Source: Auanema rhodensis (Eukaryota > Animalia > Nematoda). From it: 64,000 nucleotides of DNA. Both the position numbers and the translations under genes were made by a program. Shown piece by piece: positions 54,201 through 64,000 of the stretch. The stretch covers positions 18,042,001 to 18,106,000 of the forward strand of contig OZ059900.1 in assembly GCA_964057225.1 (NCBI GenBank), read 5' to 3'. Under the pieces are notes generated by a model. The model saw only the letters and a program-made list of their open reading frames with translations, did not search any database and had not been told where the DNA came from. Each line of letters starts with the position of its first letter. The stretch's first letter is position 1.

Positions 54201-57200
54201 TTGTTAATACAATGTCTAGTTCCACTTTCACGACAAAAAAACAGGGGTTAGAAAATTAAGGAAATTAGCATATTCTGAGGGCACGCCCCTTATGGCTAAT
54301 ATTGATTAAATCGATTTTTGTTCATATGAGTCGTCAAATGCAACGAATTTCAGCGTGTTACATACTAAAATGAAGCATTTTACATGCTGAACACTAGAAA
54401 AATACAAAAACACAGTATTTCCCAAGAGAAATATTTTATTATGCTGGAAAACCAGTTTTTGGAAATTTCGCTGTAAACAAGGTTTTGACTTACGATTTCA
54501 TGTGTTCAAACTCATGCAATGTCAATGAAACCCAGCTCAAAATTGTTCGTACAACGTCTAGTTCCACTTTCACGACAAAAAAACAGGGGTTAGAAAATTA
54601 AGGAAATTAGCATATTCTGAGGGCACGCCCCTTATGGCTAATATTGATTAAATCGATTTTTGTTCATATGAGTCGTCAAATGCAACGAATTTCAGCGTGT
54701 TACATACTAAAATGAAGCATTTTACATGCTGAACACTAGAAAAATACAAAAACACAGTATTTCCCATGAGAAATATTTTATTATGCTGGAAAACCAGTTT
54801 TTGGAAATTTCGCTGTAAACAAGGTTTTGACTTACGATTTCATGTGTTCAAACTCATGCAATGTCAATGAAACCTAGCTCAAAATTGTTCGTACAACGTC
54901 TAGTTCCACTTTCACGACAAAAAAACAGGGGTTAGAAAATTAAGGAAATTAGCATATTCTGAGGGCACGCCCCTTATGGCTAATATTGATTAAATCGATT
55001 TTTGTTCATATGAGTCGTCAAATGCAACGAATTTCAGCGTGTTACACACTAAAATGAAGCATTTTACATGCTGAACACTAGAAAAATACAAAAACACAGT
55101 ATTTCCCATGAGAAATATTTTATTATGCTGGAAAACCAGTTTTTGAAAATTTCGCTGTAAACAAGGTTTTGACTTACGATTTCATGTGTTCAAACTCATG
55201 CAATGTCAATGAAACCTAGCTCAAAATTGTTCCTACAACGTCTAGTTCCACTTTCACGACAAAAAAACAGGGGTTAGAAAATTAAGGAAATTAGCATATT
55301 CTGAGGGCACGCCCTTTATGGCTAATATTGATTAAATCGATTTTTGTTCATATGAGTCGTCAAATGCAACGAATTTCAGCGTGTTACATACTAAAATGAA
55401 GCATTTTACATGCTGAACACTAGAAAAATACAAAAACACAGTATTTCCCATGAGAAATATTTTATTATGCTGGAAAACCAGTTTTTGGAAATTTCGCTGT
55501 AAACAAGGTTTTGACTTACGATTTCATGTGTTCAAACTCATGCAATGTCAATGAAACCTAGCTCAAAATTGTTCGTACAACGTCTAGTTCCACTTTCACG
55601 ACAAAAAAACAGGGGTTAGAAAATTAAGGAAATTAGCATATTCTGAGGGCACGCCCCTTATGGCTAATATTGATTAAATCGATTTTTGTTCATATGAGTC
55701 GTCAAATGCAACGAATTTCAGCGTGTTACGTACTAAAATGAAGCATTTCACATGCTGAACACTAGAAAAATACAAAAACACAGTATTTCCCATGAGAAAT
55801 ATTTTATTATGCTGGAAAAACGAGTTTTTGGAAATTTCGCTGTAAACAAGGTTTTGACTTACGATTTCATGTGTTCAAACTCATGCAATGTCAATGAAAC
55901 CTAGCTCAAAATTGTTCGTACAACGTCTAGTTCCACTTTCACGACAAAAAAACAGGGGTTAGAAAATTAAGGAAATAAGCATATTCTGAGGGCACGCCTC
56001 TTATGGCTAATATTGATTAAATCGATTTTTGTTCATATGAGTCGTCAAATGCAACGAATTTCAGCGTGTTACATACTAAAATGAAGCATTTTACATGCTG
56101 AACACTAGAAAAATACAAAAACACAGTAATACCCATGAGAAATATTTTATTATGCTGGAAAACCAGTTTTTGGAAATTTCGCTGTAAACAAGGTTTTGAC
56201 TTACGATTTCATGTGTTCAAACTCATGCAATGTCAATGAAACCTAGCTCAAAATTGTTAATACAATGTCTAGTTCCACTTTCACGACAAAAAAACAGGGG
56301 TTAGAAAATTAAGGAAATTAGCATATTCTGAGGGCACGCCCCTTATGGCTAATATTGATTAAATCGATTTTTGTTCATATGAGTCGTCAAATGCAACGAA
56401 TTTCAGCGTGTTACATACTAAAATGAAGCATTTTACATGCTGAACACTAGAAAAATACAAAAACACAGTATTTCCCATGAGAAATATTTTATTATGCTGG
56501 AAAACCAGTTTTTGGAAATTTCGCTGTAAACAAGGTTTTGACTTACGATTTCATGTGTTCAAACTCATGCAATGTCAATGAAACCTAGCTCAAAATTGTT
56601 CGTACAACGTCTAGTTCCACTTTCACGACAAAAAAACAGGGGTTAGAAAATTAAGGAAATTAGCATATTCTGAGGGCACGCCCCTTATGGCTAATATTGA
56701 TTAAATCGATTTTTGTTCATATGAGTCGTCAAATGCAACGAATTTCAGCGTGTTACACACTAAAATGAAGCATTTTACATGCTGAACACTAGAAAAATAC
56801 AAAAACACAGTATTTCCCATGAGAAATATTTTATTATGCTGGAAAACCAGTTTTTGAAAATTTCGCTGTAAACAAGGTTTTGACTTACGATTTCATGTGT
56901 TCAAACTCATGCAATGTCAATGAAACCTAGCTCAAAATTGTTCCTACAACGTCTAGTTCCACTTTCACGACAAAAAAACAGGGGTTAGAAAATTAAGGAA
57001 ATTAGCATATTCTGAGGGCACGCCCTTTATGGCTAATATTGATTAAATCGATTTTTGTTCATATGAGTCGTCAAATGCAACGAATTTCAGCGTGTTACAT
57101 ACTAAAATGAAGCATTTTACATGCTGAACACTAGAAAAATACAAAAACACAGTATTTCCCATGAGAAATATTTTATTATGCTGGAAAACCAGTTTTTGGA

Positions 57201-60200
57201 AATTTCGCTGTAAACAAGGTTTTGACTTACGATTTCATGTGTTCAAACTCATGCAATGTCAATGAAACCTAGCTCAAAATTGTTCGTACAACGTCTAGTT
57301 CCACTTTCACGACAAAAAAACAGGGGTTAGAAAATTAAGGAAATTAGCATATTCTGAGGGCACGCCCCTTATGGCTAATATTGATTAAATCGATTTTTGT
57401 TCATATGAGTCGTCAAATGCAACGAATTTCAGCGTGTTACATACTAAAATGAAGCATTTTACATGCTGAACACTAGAAAAATACAAAAACACAGTAATAC
57501 CCATGAGAAATATTTTATTATGCTGGAAAACCAGTTTTTGGAAATTTCGCTGTAAACAAGGTTTTGACTTACGATTTCATGTGTTCAAACTCATGCAATG
57601 TCAATGAAACCTAGCTCAAAATTGTTCGTACAACGTCTAGTTCCACTTTCACGACAAAAAAACAGGGGTTAGAAAATTAAGGAAATTAGCATATTCTGAG
57701 GGCACGCCCCTTATGGCTAATATTGATTAAATCGATTTTTGTTCATATGAGTCGTCAAATGCAACGAATTTCAGCGTGTTACATACTAAAATGAAGCATT
57801 TTACATGCTGAACACTAGAAAAATACAAAAACACAGTAATACCCATGAGAAATATTTTATTATGCTGGAAAACCAGTTTTTGGAAATTTCGCTGTAAACA
57901 AGGTTTTGACTTACGATTTCATGTGTTCAAACTCATGCAATGTCAATGAAACCTAGCTCAAAATTGTTAATACAATGTCTAGTTCCACTTTCACGACAAA
58001 AAAACAGGGGTTAGAAAATTAAGGAAATTAGCATATTCTGAGGGCACGCCCCTTATGGCTAATATTGATTAAATCGATTTTTGTTCATATGAGTCGTCAA
58101 ATGCAACGAATTTCAGCGTGTTACATACTAAAATGAAGCATTTTACATGCTGAACACTAGAAAAATACAAAAACACAGTATTTCCCAAGAGAAATATTTT
58201 ATTATGCTGGAAAACCAGTTTTTGGAAATTTCGCTGTAAACAAGGTTTTGACTTACGATTTCATGTGTTCAAACTCATGCAATGTCAATGAAACCCAGCT
58301 CAAAATTGTTCGTACAACGTCTAGTTCCACTTTCACGACAAAAAAACAGGGGTTAGAAAATTAAGGAAATTAGCATATTCTGAGGGCACGCCCCTTATGG
58401 CTAATATTGATTAAATCGATTTTTGTTCATATGAGTCGTCAAATGCAACGAATTTCAGCGTGTTACATACTAAAATGAAGCATTTTACATGCTGAACACT
58501 AGAAAAATACAAAAACACAGTATTTCCCATGAGAAATATTTTATTATGCTGGAAAACCAGTTTTTGGAAATTTCGCTGTAAACAAGATTTTGACTTACGA
58601 TTTCATGTGTTCAAACTCATGCAATGTCAATGAAACCTAGCTCAAAATTGTTCGTACAACGTCTAGTTCCACTTTCACGACAAAAAAACAGGGGTTAGAA
58701 AATTAAGGAAATTAGCATATTCTGAGGGCACGCCCCTTATGGCTAATATTGATTAAATCGATTTTTGTTCATATGAGTCGTCAAATGCAACGAATTTCAG
58801 CGTGTTACACACTAAAATGAAGCATTTTACATGCTGAACACTAGAAAAATACAAAAACACAGTATTTCCCATGAGAAATATTTTATTATGCTGGAAAACC
58901 AGTTTTTGAAAATTTCGCTGTAAACAAGGTTTTGACTTACGATTTCATGTGTTCAAACTCATGCAATGTCAATGAAACCTAGCTCAAAATTGTTCGTACA
59001 ACGTCTAGTTCCACTTTCACGACAAAAAAACAGGGGTTAGAAAATTAAGGAAATTAGCATATTCTGAGGGCACGCCCTTTATGGCTAATATTGATTAAAT
59101 CGATTTTTGTTCATATGAGTCGTCAAATGCAACGAATTTCAGCGTGTTACATACTAAAATGAAGCATTTTACATGCTGAACACTAGAAAAATACAAAAAC
59201 ACAGTATTTCCCATGAGAAATATTTTATTATGCTGGAAAACCAGTTTTTGGAAATTTCGCTGTAAACAAGGTTTTGACTTACGATTTCATGTGTTCAAAC
59301 TCATGCAATGTCAATGAAACCTAGCTCAAAATTGTTCGTACAACGTCTAGTTCCACTTTCACGACAAAAAAACAGGGGTTAGAAAATTAAGGAAATTAGC
59401 ATATTCTGAGGGCACGCCCCTTATGGCTAATATTGATTAAATCGATTTTTGTTCATATGAGTCGTCAAATGCAACGAATTTCAGCGTGTTACATACTAAA
59501 ATGAAGCATTTTACATGCTGAACACTAGAAAAATACAAAAACACAGTATTTCCCATGAGAAATATTTTATTATGCTGGAAAACCAGTTTTTGGAAATTTC
59601 GCTGTAAACAAGGTTTTGACTTACGATTTCATGTGTTCAAACTCATGCAATGTCAATGAAACCTAGCTCAAAATTGTTAATACAATGTCTAGTTCCACTT
59701 TCACGACAAAAAAACAGGGGTTAGAAAATTAAGGAAATTAGCATATTCTGAGGGCACGCCCCTTATGGCTAATATTGATTAAATCGATTTTTGTTCATAT
59801 GAGTCGTCAAATGCAACGAATTTCAGCGTGTTACATACTAAAATGAAGCATTTTACATGCTGAACACTAGAAAAATACAAAAACACAGTATTTCCCAAGA
59901 GAAATATTTTATTATGCTGGAAAACCAGTTTTTGGAAATTTCGCTGTAAACAAGGTTTTGACTTACGATTTCATGTGTTCAAACTCATGCAATGTCAATG
60001 AAACCCAGCTCAAAATTGTTCGTACAACGTCTAGTTCCACTTTCACGACAAAAAAACAGGGGTTAGAAAATTAAGGAAATTAGCATATTCTGAGGGCACG
60101 CCCCTTATGGCTAATATTGATTAAATCGATTTTTGTTCATATGAGTCGTCAAATGCAACGAATTTCAGCGTGTTACATACTAAAATGAAGCATTTTACAT

Positions 60201-63200
60201 GCTGAACACTAGAAAAATACAAAAACACAGTATTTCCCATGAGAAATATTTTATTATGCTGGAAAACCAGTTTTTGGAAATTTCGCTGTAAACAAGATTT
60301 TGACTTACGATTTCATGTGTTCAAACTCATGCAATGTCAATGAAACCTAGCTCAAAATTGTTCGTACAACGTCTAGTTCCACTTTCACGACAAAAAAACA
60401 GGGGTTAGAAAATTAAGGAAATTAGCATATTCTGAGGGCACGCCCCTTATGGCTAATATTGATTAAATCGATTTTTGTTCATATGAGTCGTCAAATGCAA
60501 CGAATTTCAGCGTGTTACACACTAAAATGAAGCATTTTACATGCTGAACACTAGAAAAATACAAAAACACAGTATTTCCCATGAGAAATATTTTATTATG
60601 CTGGAAAACCAGTTTTTGAAAATTTCGCTGTAAACAAGGTTTTGACTTACGATTTCATGTGTTCAAACTCATGCAATGTCAATGAAACCTAGCTCAAAAT
60701 TGTTCGTACAACGTCTAGTTCCACTTTCACGACAAAAAAACAGGGGTTAGAAAATTAAGGAAATTAGCATATTCTGAGGGCACGCCCTTTATGGCTAATA
60801 TTGATTAAATCGATTTTTGTTCATATGAGTCGTCAAATGCAACGAATTTCAGCGTGTTACATACTAAAATGAAGCATTTTACATGCTGAACACTAGAAAA
60901 ATACAAAAACACAGTATTTCCCATGAGAAATATTTTATTATGCTGGAAAACCAGTTTTTGGAAATTTCGCTGTAAACAAGGTTTTGACTTACGATTTCAT
61001 GTGTTCAAACTCATGCAATGTCAATGAAACCTAGCTCAAAATTGTTCGTACAACGTCTAGTTCCACTTTCACGACAAAAAAACAGGGGTTAGAAAATTAA
61101 GGAAATTAGCATATTCTGAGGGCACGCCCCTTATGGCTAATATTGATTAAATCGATTTTTGTTCATATGAGTCGTCAAATGCAACGAATTTCAGCGTGTT
61201 ACATACTAAAATGAAGCATTTTACATGCTGAACACTAGAAAAATACAAAAACACAGTATTTCCCATGAGAAATATTTTATTATGCTGGAAAACCAGTTTT
61301 TGGAAATTTCGCTGTAAACAAGGTTTTGACTTACGATTTCATGTGTTCAAACTCATGCAATGTCAATGAAACCTAGCTCAAAATTGTTCGTACAACGTCT
61401 AGTTCCACTTTCACGACAAAAAAACAGGGGTTAGAAAATTAAGGAAATTAGCATATTCTGAGGGCACGCCCCTTATGGCTAATATTGATTAAATCGATTT
61501 TTGTTCATATGAGTCGTCAAATGCAACGAATTTCAGCGTGTTACATACTAAAATGAAGCATTTTACATGCTGAACACTAGAAAAATACAAAAACACAGTA
61601 ATACCCATGAGAAATATTTTATTATGCTGGAAAACCAGTTTTTGGAAATTTCGCTGTAAACAAGGTTTTGACTTACGATTTCATGTGTTCAAACTCATGC
61701 AATGTCAATGAAACCTAGCTCAAAATTGTTCCTACAACGTCTAGTTCCACTTTCACGACAAAAAAACAGGGGTTAGAAAATTAAGGAAATTAGCATATTC
61801 TGAGGGCACGCCCTTTATGGCTAATATTGATTAAATCGATTTTTGTTCATATGAGTCGTCAAATGCAACGAATTTCAGCGTGTTACATACTAAAATGAAG
61901 CATTTTACATGCTGAACGCTAGAAAAATACAAAAACACAGTATTTCCCATGAGAAATATTTTATTATGCTGGAAAACCAGTTTTTGGAAATTTCGCTGTA
62001 AACAAGGTTTTGACTTACGATTTCATGTGTTCAAACTCATGCAATGTCAATGAAACCTAGCTCAAAATTGTTCCTACAACGTCTAGTTCCACTTTCACGA
62101 CAAAAAAACAGGGGTTAGAAAATTAAGGAAATTAGCATATTCTGAGGGCACGCCCCTTATGGCTAATATTGATTAAATCGATTTTTGTTCATATGAGTCG
62201 TCAAATGCAACGAATTTCAGCGTGTTACATACTAAAATGAAGCATTTTACATGCTGAACACTAGAAAAATACAAAAACATAGTATTTCCCATGAGAAATA
62301 TTTTATTATGCTGGAAAACCAGTTTTTGGAAATTTCGCTGTAAACAAGGTTTTGACTTACGATTTCATGTGTTCAAACTCATGCAATGTCAATGAAACCT
62401 AGCTCAAAATTGTTCGTACAACGTCTAGTTCCACTTTCACGACAAAAAAACAGGGGTTAGAAAATTAAGGAAATTAGCATATTCTGAGGGCACGCCCTTT
62501 ATGGCTAATATTGATTAAATCGATTTTTGTTCATATGAGTCGTCAAATGCAACGAATTTCAGCGTGTTACATACTAAAATGAAGCATTTTACATGCTGAA
62601 CACTAGAAAAATACAAAAACACAGTATTTCCCATGAGAAATATTTTATTATGCTGGAAAACCAGTTTTTGGAAATTTCGCTGTAAACAAGGTTTTGACTT
62701 ACGATTTCATGTGTTCAAACTCATGCAATGTCAATGAAACCTAGCTCAAAATTGTTCGTACAACGTCTAGTTCCACTTTCACGACAAAAAAACAGGGGTT
62801 AGAAAATTAAGGAAATTAGCATATTCTGAGGGCACGCCCCTTATGGCTAATATTGATTAAATCGATTTTTGTTCATATGAGTCGTCAAATGCAACGAATT
62901 TCAGCGTGTCACATACTAAAATGAAGCATTTTACATGCTGAACGCTAGAAAAATACAAAAACACAGTATTTCCCATGAGAAATATTTTATTATGCTGGAA
63001 AACCAGTTTTTGGAAATTTCGCTGTAAACAAGGTTTTGACTTACGATTTCATGTGTTCAAACTCATGCAATGTCAATGAAACCTAGCTCAAAATTGTTCC
63101 TACAACGTCTAGTTCCACTTTCACGACAAAAAAACAGGGGTTAGAAAATTAAGGAAATTAGCATATTCTGAGGGCACGCCCTTTATGGCTAATATTGATT

Positions 63201-64000
63201 AAATCGATTTTTGTTCATATGAGTCGTCAAATGCAACGAATTTCAGCGTGTTACATACTAAAATGAAGCATTTTACATGCTGAACGCTAGAAAAATACAA
63301 AAACACAGTATTTCCCATGAGAAATATTTTATTATGCTGGAAAACCAGTTTTTGGAAATTTCGCTGTAAACAAGGTTTTGACTTACGATTTCATGTGTTC
63401 AAACTCATGCAATGTCAATGAAACCTAGCTCAAAATTGTTGCTACAACGTCTAGTTCCACTTTCACGACAAAAAAACAGGGGTTAGAAAATTAAGGAAAT
63501 TAGCATATTCTGAGGGCACGCCCCTTATGGCTAATATTGATTAAATCGATTTTTGTTCATATGAGTCGTCAAATGCAACGAATTTCAGCGTGTTACATAC
63601 TAAAATGAAGCATTTTACATGTTGAACACTAGAAAAATACAAAAACACAGTATTTCCCATGAGAAATATTTTATTATGCTGGAAAACCAGTTTTTGGAAA
63701 TTTCGCTGTAAACAAGGTTTTGACTTACGATTTCATGTGTTCAAACTCATGCAATGTCAATGAAACCTAGCTCAAAATTGTTCGTACAACGTCTAGTTCC
63801 ACTTTCACGACAAAAAAACAGGGGTTAGAAAATTAAGGAAATTAGCATATTCTGAGGGCACGCCCCCTTATGGCTAATATTGATTAAATCGATTTTTGTT
63901 CATATGAGTCGTCAAATGCAACGAATTTCAGCGTGTCACATACTAAAATGAAGCATTTTACATGCTGAACGCTAGAAAAATACAAAAACACAGTATTTCC
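51268..64000 (-). repeat. Same 342-bp satellite, reverse orientation, distal block (~37 monomers)
   Basis: Resumes at AATTTCAGCGTG (51268) and continues at period 342 to the window end. Its phase is shifted by -52 bp relative to the preceding block. Confidence 0.99.
57900..61300 (-). repeat. Tandem duplication of a 5-monomer (1710-bp) block
   Basis: CCCAAGAG at 58188 and 59898, and AACAAGATTT at 58587 and 60297, are each 1710 bp apart. TTACACAC and TTTGAAAA recur in the same order. Boundaries are approximate. Confidence 0.85.

Noticed and set aside
1-64000. Protein-coding tandem repeat (342 is divisible by 3)
   Set aside because: All three frames on each strand contain stop codons within one monomer (e.g. 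TAG at 6-8, TAG at 32-34 and TGA at 52-54 on +; TAA/TGA within 45 bp of 7531 for the opposite orientation).
1-64000. CRISPR-like array or repeat-spacer system
   Set aside because: There are no unique spacers. Whole 342-bp units are near-identical, and there is no leader or cas gene.
7531-64000. Variant pattern as an information-bearing code
   Set aside because: The combinations are adequately explained by duplication, recombination and conversion among a few haplotypes. Nothing in the sequence supports a coding function.

Overview
The whole window is one AT-rich (~34% GC by hand count) tandem satellite with a 342-bp monomer, about 187 highly homogeneous copies with mostly 0-4 differences from consensus. 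It resembles a eukaryotic centromeric or pericentromeric satellite array, but I cannot assign a species or named family. I found no genes, RNA genes, transposons or CRISPR arrays, and all six reading frames hit stops within a monomer. The array is not uniform. (1) Monomers run in + orientation over 1-7515 and switch to - orientation at ~7531, with a 19-bp templated duplication at the junction. (2) A 103-bp locally inverted fragment at 51167-51269 creates a 290-bp aberrant monomer. (3) The entry points of both inversions map to monomer positions 174 and 218-220, the two feet of an intrinsic hairpin (positions 175-217) present in every monomer. (4) SNP haplotypes reveal a dimeric higher-order repeat in the + arm, nested 3-, 5-, 6- and 9-mer duplications in the - arm, and haplotype domains that change at the two inversion junctions. 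Monomer numbering below follows window positions 1-342. All counts were made by eye.
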